NCBI GenBank assembly: GCA_964344235.1
Contig: CAYFMJ010000002.1
Location: forward strand, 13,320 to 77,319
Length of the DNA: 64,000 nt
Direction: 5' to 3'
Source: an uncultured Methanosarcinales archaeon
Lineage (GTDB): Archaea; Nanobdellota; Nanobdellia; Woesearchaeales; GW2011-AR9
A model generated the notes under the pieces. It did not search any database, was not told the origin of the DNA, and saw only the letters and a program-made list of their open reading frames with translations. Both the position numbers and the translations under genes were made by a program. Shown piece by piece: positions 1 to 8,085 of the stretch (positions are counted from its first letter, which is position 1; every line of letters starts with the position of its first letter).

Positions 1-34
1 TCCTGAAACATTGTTATACGAACCAATCAAATAA

Positions 35-667
35 TTACTTCTGCATCTTCCTATGATGCTTTTGAATTGTTACTATAGATAACAGAAACAACGCTATAAT
101 TGCAATAATACCACCCATCCCTAATGCCTGTACTTCTCCTACTCCCACCGAAGCTACTGCTGCTCCCGTAATGGAAGATGCATGAGATGTTAACCCAACA
201 ACAATAATTATTAACACGGCAGCTACCGTTCCTGCAATTGTTTGATATTGTCCTGCAGCAAACTTGCTTGGCGGTGCAGTAATAAAATGATGCTTACCGG
301 CTTTGAACTGCGCTCCTTTCCGCACAGACCTAACGAGTGGTTTCCCAGATTTCGTCGCTACCCGCTGTTGTTTCTGCCTTCGTTCCTTCAACACTTCGGC
401 TTGAATCTTCTGTACCCTTTTATGTAACACCGCAGCTGCACTTTTTTGGTCCTGTGCTTTCAATAACTGTGATGCTAATGCAGCATCCTTATGAGCATTC
501 TTCACCCAATCATGGAAGTCATGCTGGCTAGCATTCACATGATGTTTAAACGATTCTTCCTCCATATTAATAATAGCATGCTGTAAATCTTTTAAATTCT
601 TTAAAACAGTCCCATCTACAACTACAAAATGATCCTTCTTCGGCACGTTTCGTAATCCGTATTTCAT
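35..667 (-). CDS. hypothetical membrane-anchored protein (soluble N-terminal part, hydrophobic C-terminal segments)
   Basis: 210-aa ORF. The C-terminal ~70 aa are hydrophobic (AGTVAAVLIIIVVGL, GGIIAIIALFLLSIV). ATGA start/stop overlap with the upstream glutaredoxin-like gene. No family recognised. Confidence 0.5.
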   Translation of the reverse strand: MKYGLRNVPKKDHFVVVDGTVLKNLKDLQHAIINMEEESFKHHVNASQHDFHDWVKNAHKDAALASQLLKAQDQKSAAAVLHKRVQKIQAEVLKERRQKQQRVATKSGKPLVRSVRKGAQFKAGKHHFITAPPSKFAAGQYQTIAGTVAAVLIIIVVGLTSHASSITGAAVASVGVGEVQALGMGGIIAIIALFLLSIVTIQKHHRKMQK

Positions 668-897
668 TTGAGCAATTTCTCCATTTCATCTGGGTTAAAC
701 CCAACAATAACAGTTCCATCGATATCTACCACTGGCACTCCCATCTGCCCAGACTTTTCAATCATCTCATTCCGAGCTTTTTCATCCTCTTCAACGTTCT
801 TGTTAGAAAATTTGACTTTATGCTCTTTCAACCACTCTTTGGTTTTTTTGCACCATGGACAGGAATTTGTCGAATAAACAGTAACCTTCGCCATCAT
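664..897 (-). CDS. glutaredoxin/NrdH-like small thiol-disulfide oxidoreductase
   Basis: 77 aa. N-terminal beta-strand followed by a CPWC active site (VYSTNSCPWCKKTKEWL) and GVPVV..G..IVGF, which is a typical glutaredoxin fold signature. Confidence 0.8.
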   Translation of the reverse strand: MMAKVTVYSTNSCPWCKKTKEWLKEHKVKFSNKNVEEDEKARNEMIEKSGQMGVPVVDIDGTVIVGFNPDEMEKLLK

Positions 898-991
898 ATC
901 ACCTTTACTCTATTAAACCACCATAGTTTATAACTCTTTTCCCTTCAACAGATTCAAAATCTTTATTAAAAACACAACAAAACAACACAAA

Positions 992-1414
992 ATGGTGCGG
1001 GCAAAACTTTTATTACAACTTACCCTTATTTTGGCAGTTATTGGGATAGCAGTTTCTTGTTACTTAACATACAGTCATGAGCACCCCGATCTAGCACCAT
1101 GCGACATTAATCACGTTGCTTCTTGCACAATTGTCAATCAAAGTGTTTATTCTGAAGTCTTTGGCATTCCAGTAGCATTATTTGGTGTTCTGTGGTTTAT
1201 TGTACTTGGGTTAATTGCACTCAAAACATTCAAATCAAAAAAATTCACACGTGAACTCTACGGTTGGAACATTCTTGGAGTCGTCTTCGTCCTCTATTTC
1301 ATTTTCGCAGAATTCCAACTCAAAGCAATCTGTCCTTGGTGTACTGTTGTGCATGTTATTATCCTCATCACGTTCTTTATTTCACTTATTCTAAAGAAAA
1401 AAGCGTTAAGTTAA
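992..1414 (+). CDS. vitamin K epoxide reductase (VKOR) family membrane protein
   Basis: 140 aa with about 4 TM segments. Loop cysteine pair (PCDINHVASC), conserved S..Y...FGIPVA, and a membrane-embedded CPWC (AICPWCTVVH). Confidence 0.7.
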   Translation: MVRAKLLLQLTLILAVIGIAVSCYLTYSHEHPDLAPCDINHVASCTIVNQSVYSEVFGIPVALFGVLWFIVLGLIALKTFKSKKFTRELYGWNILGVVFVLYFIFAEFQLKAICPWCTVVHVIILITFFISLILKKKALS

Positions 1415-1415
1415 A

Positions 1416-1423
1416 TTTATATA
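1416..1423 (+). promoter_or_regulatory. TATA-box-like element TTTATATA upstream of the small basic ORF / transketolase operon
   Basis: TTTATATA lies 39 nt upstream of the ATG at 1462. An SD-like GAGAGGTGA sits between them. Confidence 0.4.
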
Positions 1424-1461
1424 CATCTCTCACTTCTCAAAATACAAAGAGAGGTGACTAT

Positions 1462-1572
1462 ATGCCAGCTAAAAAAACTGCCAAAAAACCAACTAAGAAA
1501 GCAACAAAATCGTCTTCTAAGAAAAAACCTAAAGTCATCAAGAGCGGCAAGAACGTCTGCACCTATTGTTAA
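1462..1572 (+). CDS. 36-aa lysine-rich micro-protein (MPAKKTAKKPTKKATKSSSKKKPKVIKSGKNVCTYC)
   Basis: ATG is preceded by AGAGGTGA at a 6-7 nt spacing. The stop is 1 nt before the transketolase ATG. Not in the ORF track as its own entry: it is the 3' part of 1264..1572. Confidence 0.35.
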   Translation: MPAKKTAKKPTKKATKSSSKKKPKVIKSGKNVCTYC

Positions 1573-1573
1573 T

Positions 1574-2467
1574 ATGAAAAAAATAACGAACGTGAAAGAC
1601 CTGCAAATGATGGCAGATATTATTCGGGAAGATATTATCTCTTCACTATTAGAAGCGGGTTCCGGCCATTCAGCTGGCCCTCTTGGCATGGCGGAAATCT
1701 TTACAGCCCTCTACTTCAACGTTCTCAAACATAACCCAAAGAATCCTCGTTGGGAAAAACGGGACCGGTTCATTCTTTCCAACGGCCATATTTGCCCCGG
1801 TATGTACGCTGCAATGGCGAATGTAGGCTATTTCCCTAAAAAAGAACTTCTGACACTCCGAAAGTTGGGCACACGCTTACAAGGCCACCCGCATAGAACT
1901 GCGCTTCCTGGCTTAGAAACAACATCTGGCCCCTTAGGTTCTGGTTTATCGCAAGCAGCAGGGATGGCTTTGGCGTTCAAGAGAGATAAAAAGCCGAACA
2001 AAGTCTTCTGCATGTGTAGTGATGGTGAGCAAAATGAAGGCAACCACTGGGAGGCTGTAATGTTTGCTGGGAAGTACAAATTACATAACCTCATTGCAAT
2101 CACTGATCGCAATTACATTCAAATAGATGGTAACACTGAAGACGTGATGCCCCTCGATCCGTTGGATGAAAAATATAAAGCATTTAACTGGCATGTCAAA
2201 ATGATTGATGGTAACAACATGCGACAAGTTCTCACAACGTTACAGAAAGCCCGTAACAATACTGGCAAACCATTAATGATTATTGCTAACACCGTTCCTG
2301 GAAAGGGTGTTGATTTCATGGAAAATAAATACGAATGGCACGGTAAACCACCGAAAGCCGATGAAGCAACTACAGCAATAGAAGAAATCCATGCGCATGA
2401 AGTTGAAGAGAGGGGTGATTGGTTTACACAACATCAGAAACTGAAACCACTCCATCCGAAAAAATGA
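1574..2467 (+). CDS. transketolase, N-terminal (TPP-binding) subunit
   Basis: SGHSAGPLGMAEI, GHPH..LPGLETTSGPLG, CSDGEQNEG. Start moved to the in-frame ATG at 1574, because the track's first 40 aa are an out-of-frame reading of the Lys-rich ORF. Confidence 0.9.
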   Translation: MKKITNVKDLQMMADIIREDIISSLLEAGSGHSAGPLGMAEIFTALYFNVLKHNPKNPRWEKRDRFILSNGHICPGMYAAMANVGYFPKKELLTLRKLGTRLQGHPHRTALPGLETTSGPLGSGLSQAAGMALAFKRDKKPNKVFCMCSDGEQNEGNHWEAVMFAGKYKLHNLIAITDRNYIQIDGNTEDVMPLDPLDEKYKAFNWHVKMIDGNNMRQVLTTLQKARNNTGKPLMIIANTVPGKGVDFMENKYEWHGKPPKADEATTAIEEIHAHEVEERGDWFTQHQKLKPLHPKK

Positions 2468-3444
2468 ACTTAACAGAACTCAAAAAGCTGAACAAAGCAA
2501 TGCACCTAAACTTTTTCCGCCAGCTCGTTCCTACCAGAAATGGCTATGGTGATGCACTTGTACAACTAGGAAGAAACAAAAAAATTATGGTTCTTTGCGC
2601 AGATCTCAGTGATTCTACGAGAGTATCTGCATTTGCAAAAAAATACCCAAAACAGTTCGTGGAAATGGGTGTTGCCGAGCAAAACCTCGTCACCGTAGCA
2701 TCTGGTTTAGCAGCTGTTGGGAAGATACCGTTTGCTTCCTCTTATGCAGCGTTTTGTCCTGGCAGGTGTTGGGAACAAATTAGAACAACTATTTGTTACA
2801 ACGACCAGAATGTTAAAATCATTGGCGCACATGCGGGTATTTCTGTTGGGCCAGACGGCGCAACGCATCAAGCATTGGAAGATATTGCAACCATGCGTTC
2901 CTTAGCTAACATGGTTGTTGTCGTTCCTGCAGATTATGACCAAACCAAGAAAGCAACCAAAGCTATTGCAAAGTACAAAGGTCCTGCTTACATGCGTTTT
3001 GCTCGTAATAAAACAGCGCAGGTAACCACTCCCAAAACGCCGTTTACAATCGGCAAAGCGCAAGTGTTGAAACAGGGAAACGATATTGCTTTAATTGGAG
3101 CTGGGCCGCTAGTACATGAATGTTTAGTAGCAGCATTGATGCTGCAGAAAGAAGGCATCAATGCCATGGTAATTAACTGCCACACCATCAAGCCGCTTGA
3201 CGAGAAAACAATTCTGGCTGCAGCAAAAAAATGTGGTAAAATAGTAACGGCAGAAGAAGCGCAAATTACTGGGGGGCTAGGTAGTGCAATTGCTGAATTC
3301 CTATCTGAGAAATATCCCACTCCCATCCGCAGAGTTGGTGTCCAAGATCGTTATGGAGAAAGTGGTGAACCAACGGAATTGTTACATGCTTTTGGCTTAA
3401 GTGCGAAACACATCTATCGCGAAGCAAAAAAATTAGTAAGGTGA
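2464..3444 (+). CDS. transketolase, C-terminal (pyrimidine-binding) subunit
   Basis: FVEMGVAEQNLV, GPDGATHQALEDIA. ATGA overlap with the N-terminal subunit at 2464-2467. Split tkt is typical of archaea. Confidence 0.9.
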   Translation: MNLTELKKLNKAMHLNFFRQLVPTRNGYGDALVQLGRNKKIMVLCADLSDSTRVSAFAKKYPKQFVEMGVAEQNLVTVASGLAAVGKIPFASSYAAFCPGRCWEQIRTTICYNDQNVKIIGAHAGISVGPDGATHQALEDIATMRSLANMVVVVPADYDQTKKATKAIAKYKGPAYMRFARNKTAQVTTPKTPFTIGKAQVLKQGNDIALIGAGPLVHECLVAALMLQKEGINAMVINCHTIKPLDEKTILAAAKKCGKIVTAEEAQITGGLGSAIAEFLSEKYPTPIRRVGVQDRYGESGEPTELLHAFGLSAKHIYREAKKLVR

Positions 3445-3448
3445 TAAT

Positions 3449-3538
3449 ATGTTAGAATGTCCGAGATGTGGGGAAGACATGAAGCTTCCCGAATCCTGTA
3501 ATGGTTGCAAGTTTTGCATAACTTGTTGTGAGTGTTAG
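3449..3538 (+). CDS. 29-aa cysteine-rich micro-protein (MLECPRCGEDMKLPESCNGCKFCITCCEC)
   Basis: ATG is 4 nt after the tkt stop. 9 Cys in 29 aa, including CPRC and CNGC pairs. Below the ORF-track size cut-off. Confidence 0.3.
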   Translation: MLECPRCGEDMKLPESCNGCKFCITCCEC

Positions 3539-3541
3539 ATT

Positions 3542-3748
3542 TTATTTTTTTGTAAACTTTTTTTGCAATGCATTCAGGGCATCCTGCCACAAATCATCAT
3601 ATTCTCTACTTTTAGAAATAAACTTTGTTGATCCATCTTTCTTCATGCCATAGACTTTAAGATCTCTCCGAATCAGTGCCATGTCATGTTGCAGTGCTAA
3701 AAGTACAGCTTTCTCTTTCGCTGATTGTCTCTGTTTTTCACTTACCAT
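3542..3748 (-). CDS. hypothetical small protein
   Basis: 68-aa ORF, 3 nt downstream of the oxidoreductase gene on the same strand. No motif recognised. Confidence 0.4.
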   Translation of the reverse strand: MVSEKQRQSAKEKAVLLALQHDMALIRRDLKVYGMKKDGSTKFISKSREYDDLWQDALNALQKKFTKK

Positions 3749-3751
3749 TTC

Positions 3752-5107
3752 TCACACCGGCACATTCATCGCTGCCCGTTGCACAACTTCACTTAAAGCA
3801 GGGTGAATATGCACAACATTTCGTAATAACCGTAACCCGTCTTTTCCTGCTTTCATCGCAATCAACACTTCATGCAATAACACAGAAGCATGCGGCCCTA
3901 TAACATGGCAGCCTAAAATCTTTCTACTACGAGGATCTACTAACAACTTCACAAATCCATCTTCTTCCGCTAACGCTTCTCCCATACCCGTATTCTTATA
4001 CAACGCCTTTCCTACAACATATCCCTTTCCCTTCAACTCTTGCTCCGTTTTCCCTACGCCTGCAATCTGTGGAGTCGTAAACACTGCATGTGGCATCGGA
4101 AAATAGTCAACCGGCTGCTTCTTATGAAATAAATTATACTGCACAAAATCTCTCTCGAGATTCGCACTGTGTCGAAACATATACACTCCTGCAATATCTC
4201 CTAAAGCCCAAATATCTTTCACATTCGTTTCCATGAACTGGTTAACCCGAATAAAACCTCGTTTATCCATCTTCACGCCTGCCTTCGCCACATTAAGATA
4301 ACCAGTATTCGGCCGAACTCCTGTTGCTACTAATAACTTCTCCGCTCGCAATTTCTTCCTACGTCCATTCTGCTTCACAGTAACCTCAACACCCTTCCCT
4401 CGCTTCGCAACGTTAACAACATCAGCTTTCGTTAACACATCATACCTCTTCCTCCACAATGCGGTAAATAACTCCGCAACCTCACGATCTTCTCGCGGTA
4501 ATAATAATGCATTTCGTTGTACTATTGTTATCTTACACCCTAATGCTGCATAGAAATGCCCTAACTCTGATCCAATATAGCCTCCACCTATCACAATCAT
4601 ACTTTTCGGAAGTTTTGTCTGCCGCAACGCTTCCGTACTGGTCATATAATCAACATTATCTAATCCATCAATCGGCGGAATAAACGGCCTTGCACCAGCT
4701 GCAATGACAATTCTCTTTCCAGAAATAATCTTACCGTTAACCTCAACGTCATACTTCCCCACAAACTTTGCTTCTCCCTGAAACAATGTAGGATTTCTTC
4801 TTGACAACAATGCCTTTTCAATCCCTTTAGAATCTCCATCTACAAGTTTGTTAGCCCTATCTGTTACTTTCTTAAATTTGACACCAGTAACCTTTGAATC
4901 AACACCAAAAATGGATGACTTTCTAATTCCCTCAGCTACATCAGCGGAGTGGATAACGATCTTTGATGGAATGCACCCTCTGTTCAGACACGTTCCACCT
5001 AATGCTCCTTTCTCTATTAATGCAACTCTCCAGCCATTACGAGCAGCATCATTCGCCAACCCTAACCCCGCTCCGGAGCCAATCACAATTAAATCAAATG
5101 ATTTCAT
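3752..5107 (-). CDS. class I pyridine nucleotide-disulfide oxidoreductase (dihydrolipoyl dehydrogenase-like)
   Basis: FAD-binding GSGAGLG, redox-active GGTCLNRGCIPSK, second GGGYIGSELG, and C-terminal HIHPALSEV His-Glu motif. Start taken at MKSFDLIVIGSG (5107). Confidence 0.8.
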   Translation of the reverse strand: MKSFDLIVIGSGAGLGLANDAARNGWRVALIEKGALGGTCLNRGCIPSKIVIHSADVAEGIRKSSIFGVDSKVTGVKFKKVTDRANKLVDGDSKGIEKALLSRRNPTLFQGEAKFVGKYDVEVNGKIISGKRIVIAAGARPFIPPIDGLDNVDYMTSTEALRQTKLPKSMIVIGGGYIGSELGHFYAALGCKITIVQRNALLLPREDREVAELFTALWRKRYDVLTKADVVNVAKRGKGVEVTVKQNGRRKKLRAEKLLVATGVRPNTGYLNVAKAGVKMDKRGFIRVNQFMETNVKDIWALGDIAGVYMFRHSANLERDFVQYNLFHKKQPVDYFPMPHAVFTTPQIAGVGKTEQELKGKGYVVGKALYKNTGMGEALAEEDGFVKLLVDPRSRKILGCHVIGPHASVLLHEVLIAMKAGKDGLRLLRNVVHIHPALSEVVQRAAMNVPV

Positions 5108-5217
5108 AGTCTCTCCTTTTCCATCTACGATAACCACAAAGAATTATTTAAATCCATCGATATCTTTCCTAACTCATAGTAACGCATCTTTATATACAAT
5201 ATAACACTCTTAATACC

Positions 5218-6198
5218 ATGAAACAAAAAGTGTTCGTCACACGTTCTATTCCGGGTGACGCAATTAAAACTCTCAAAAAACACTTCACTGTAAGAGTCTA
5301 TCCTAAAGATCAAAAAATTCCACGAAAAGAACTTCTCAAAGGAGCCAGGTGGTGTGACGCTCTCTTATGCATTCTCACTGAAAAAATTGATAAGCAAGTC
5401 ATTGACGCTAATCCAAACCTGAAAGTAATCTCCAACTACGCTGTTGGTTACAATAACATTGATGTGAAATACGCTACACAGAAAGGCATCCCTGTTTGTA
5501 ATACGCCATCACAAGAAGTCGTTGATGCTGTTGCTGAACATACATTCGCACTCATGCTAGGCTTAGCAAAACGTCTACATGAGGATGAACGCCACGTACG
5601 GAAACATAAATGGAAATCCTGGGCACCTCGCCTGCTTTTAGGAACACAGATGTCTGGTAAAACAGTGGGTATTGTTGGTTTAGGTAGAATCGGTAAAGGT
5701 GTTGCAGGAAGAGCAGCGTGTTTAGGCATGGACATTATCTATTATGATGTCTACAAGGATACAAAGTTTGAAAAAAAATTCAACGCCAAGAAAGTTTCTT
5801 TTACCACTCTACTCAAAAAGTCCGATTTCATTACATTGCATGTTAACCTCACGAAGAAGACCCATCATTTAATCAGCACGAAAGAACTAAAGATGATGAA
5901 AAAGACGGCGTATATCATCAACACCTCTCGCGGTCCTGTCATTGATGAGAAAGCGTTAACAAAAGCTTTGGTGAAAAAACAAATCGCTGGTGCAGGTTTG
6001 GATGTGCATGAAACCGAACCAAGTACCAATCACACTCTCCACAAATTAACCAACTGCATCTTAACACCGCACACTGCTTCTGCAACGGTGGAAGTACGGT
6101 TACAGATGGGTAAGGATGCCGCAAATAATATTATTACAATTCTCAAAAAGAAAGGTAAACCTAAAATCGTTAACCCTGAAGTGTTAAGAAAATCATAA
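5218..6198 (+). CDS. D-isomer-specific 2-hydroxyacid dehydrogenase (glyoxylate/hydroxypyruvate reductase-like)
   Basis: NAD-binding GIVGLGRIGKGVA; NTSRG..D; LDVHE.EP; TPHTAS. Confidence 0.85.
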   Translation: MKQKVFVTRSIPGDAIKTLKKHFTVRVYPKDQKIPRKELLKGARWCDALLCILTEKIDKQVIDANPNLKVISNYAVGYNNIDVKYATQKGIPVCNTPSQEVVDAVAEHTFALMLGLAKRLHEDERHVRKHKWKSWAPRLLLGTQMSGKTVGIVGLGRIGKGVAGRAACLGMDIIYYDVYKDTKFEKKFNAKKVSFTTLLKKSDFITLHVNLTKKTHHLISTKELKMMKKTAYIINTSRGPVIDEKALTKALVKKQIAGAGLDVHETEPSTNHTLHKLTNCILTPHTASATVEVRLQMGKDAANNIITILKKKGKPKIVNPEVLRKS

Positions 6199-6855
6199 CT
6201 TCTCCAACTTTCTCGGCACATCGCATAAATTACTAAATACAAAATCAGCTTCTAAATCTCCTTTCAATTTCTCAAACGTATGTTTCTTCCCTAACAGAAT
6301 AATTTTCACCCCCATTTTTTTAGAAGCAACAACGTCAGAATGCGCATCACCAATATACAAAACATCTGACGGTTTCACACCATGCTTTGCAATGACATGC
6401 TTGAAATTCTCAATCTTTGATGTAGGGCCACCTAAAATTTCATCAAAGTAACGCGCAACCCCACAGTGCCGAGCCACTTTACGAACCTCCCGAGAATTCT
6501 CTAACGACAACATAAATGTAAACTTCACTTGTTTCTTCAACTCTTTAATCACATTGGCACATTGAAACAACGGACAGGTATTCATACTTCTCACATAATG
6601 TTCTCCGAAATGATCAGCAACCATTTTTAACTCTTTCGTACTAGGCTTTCTATCAAAAAACCTCTTAAACAACAACACAACTTTCGCATCTCTGCTGTAA
6701 CCCTTCCCAATTAAATCCTCGTACGCTTTTCTAACCCCTTTAGAAACCCCAAATTTCTCTTTAAACACAGCTACCATCGCTGGGCCTTTCTTATCCTCAG
6801 ACATGATTAACGTTCCATCGAAATCAAACCCGACAGCTTTAATCATAAGAACCAC
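6193..6855 (-). CDS. HAD-superfamily hydrolase
   Basis: Motif I VGFDFDGTL, motif IV GDAHSDV. The true start may be the MIKAVGFDFDG Met at 6846. Confidence 0.75.
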   Translation of the reverse strand: MVLMIKAVGFDFDGTLIMSEDKKGPAMVAVFKEKFGVSKGVRKAYEDLIGKGYSRDAKVVLLFKRFFDRKPSTKELKMVADHFGEHYVRSMNTCPLFQCANVIKELKKQVKFTFMLSLENSREVRKVARHCGVARYFDEILGGPTSKIENFKHVIAKHGVKPSDVLYIGDAHSDVVASKKMGVKIILLGKKHTFEKLKGDLEADFVFSNLCDVPRKLEKL

Positions 6856-7529
6856 TTCAATATAATCAGCACCGCATACAATAAAAACCCAAAGATAAAG
6901 AATTCAATATTTCCTTTTCTTCCATACGGGATGTGGTGTCGTGTCACTGTAAAAAGTAATACCCCCGCAACCAACCCTACAAACAAGAACTCTAACCACA
7001 TCGGCACAAATGAACCAATAGCAATTCCTAATAACGCCCCAACGAATGTCGAACTTGAAAGAAAAATCATTCTCCTTTCCGAGTTGTGTGGTACTGCCGG
7101 TAAATTACTCACAACAGTAAACGCTAAAATTGATACGCCAAAGAAGATTCCTTCCAACACATTCTGTGAGAGGAATAACACCAATAAAATTCCCAAAATT
7201 ACATGGTAAATATAATAGAATATATTCTCTTCTAACGATAACATCTTCACCAACTCATGCCGTCTATTATGTTGATAAATTGATTTCTCTGCTATGTGGT
7301 GACCGATAAACCCCACAAGCAACGCAATGAATAGTAACTTGTTAATTCTGAATGCATTCTCTGCAAACAATGGTAACAACTCCAACAGCAAATACGTCGC
7401 TGAAACCCCTGCAGAGAATGATAACAGTTTTGGGAAATACGGCCGCTTCTTTAAGTTTAAACTCTTACTGAGGTACTCCGTAACACTAATCGCAACCGCA
7501 AATACAAGCGGAATAATAACAGCATTCAT
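6843..7529 (-). CDS. multi-pass membrane protein, unknown function
   Basis: About 7 hydrophobic segments. Start moved to MNAVIIPLVF (7529). His-rich loop HHIAEKSIYQHNRRHE hints at metal handling, but no family is assigned. Confidence 0.55.
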   Translation of the reverse strand: MNAVIIPLVFAVAISVTEYLSKSLNLKKRPYFPKLLSFSAGVSATYLLLELLPLFAENAFRINKLLFIALLVGFIGHHIAEKSIYQHNRRHELVKMLSLEENIFYYIYHVILGILLVLFLSQNVLEGIFFGVSILAFTVVSNLPAVPHNSERRMIFLSSSTFVGALLGIAIGSFVPMWLEFLFVGLVAGVLLFTVTRHHIPYGRKGNIEFFIFGFLLYAVLIILKWFL

Positions 7530-7681
7530 GTGTAAAAGAAATAATTTTAGATTTAATAATGTTTCGAATGAAGAAAAACATAGAATTTTACATCCGCAAA
7601 CCCAAACACTTTTAATAGGCAACATCTTTCTTCACAACAGCTTTATGAAAGCATTTGCTTGTTTTTGTAACGTATTTACGA

Positions 7682-7816
7682 ATGCCAAAATTTAAAATTA
7701 AATGTGGAATGTGTAAAGTTAATTGGGTAACCAAGGAAAGACGGAGCTACGCTCTATGCAACACTTGTAAGAAACGAATCAAGAAAGCAGAAGAAAAAGA
7801 AAGAAAAGGAAAGTAA
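7682..7816 (+). CDS. 44-aa zinc-ribbon micro-protein with basic tail
   Basis: MPKFKIKCGMCKVNW...ALCNTCKKRIKKAEEKERKGK has CxxC...CxxC. Below the track cut-off. Confidence 0.4.
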   Translation: MPKFKIKCGMCKVNWVTKERRSYALCNTCKKRIKKAEEKERKGK

Positions 7817-7819
7817 AAA

Positions 7820-7981
7820 TTATTTCTTTTTACCTAAGATTCTAAACATTGTTGTCCCACAATCTGGACACTGGCCTTTCATTGCTCTTCGCTGAACGCC
7901 ACCTTTTCCTTTCATTGCTACTTCGTTTGCGTTTTTCATTTCACGCTTTGCTTTACATTTAACACAATATCCTTCAGTCAT
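7820..7981 (-). CDS. 53-aa zinc-ribbon protein (DUF5679-like, from memory)
   Basis: MTEGYCVKCKAKREMKNANEVAMKGKGGVQRRAMKGQCPDCGTTMFRILGKKK. GAGGTG lies 7 nt upstream of the ATG. The CVKCK...M.....G.CP.CGT.MFRI pattern is a widespread small-protein family. Confidence 0.6.
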   Translation of the reverse strand: MTEGYCVKCKAKREMKNANEVAMKGKGGVQRRAMKGQCPDCGTTMFRILGKKK

Positions 7982-8035
7982 ATTGAACACCTCGATAGTT
8001 GTAGATAGAACGAATAATCCGCCCTCTACCTATAA

Positions 8036-8055
8036 TTTAAGCGCGGACGCTTAAA
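8036..8055 (-). terminator. 8-bp perfect hairpin downstream of valS
   Basis: TTTAAGCG-CGGA-CGCTTAAA, 30 nt after the valS stop. No clear oligo-T follows, so its role is uncertain. Confidence 0.3.
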
Positions 8056-8085
8056 AAGCTTTCGTAATTTTACCCTAAAATACGC

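Noticed and set aside
1454-1573. 40-codon N-terminal extension of the transketolase N subunit in the ORF track, and likewise the long 5' extensions at 2419, 5137, 7625, 10575, 20571, 23167, 25645, 31081 and 41350.
   Set aside because: The extensions are low-complexity or out-of-frame readings of neighbouring genes. Internal ATGs sit at conserved protein N-termini and at the expected distance from a TATA box or SD.
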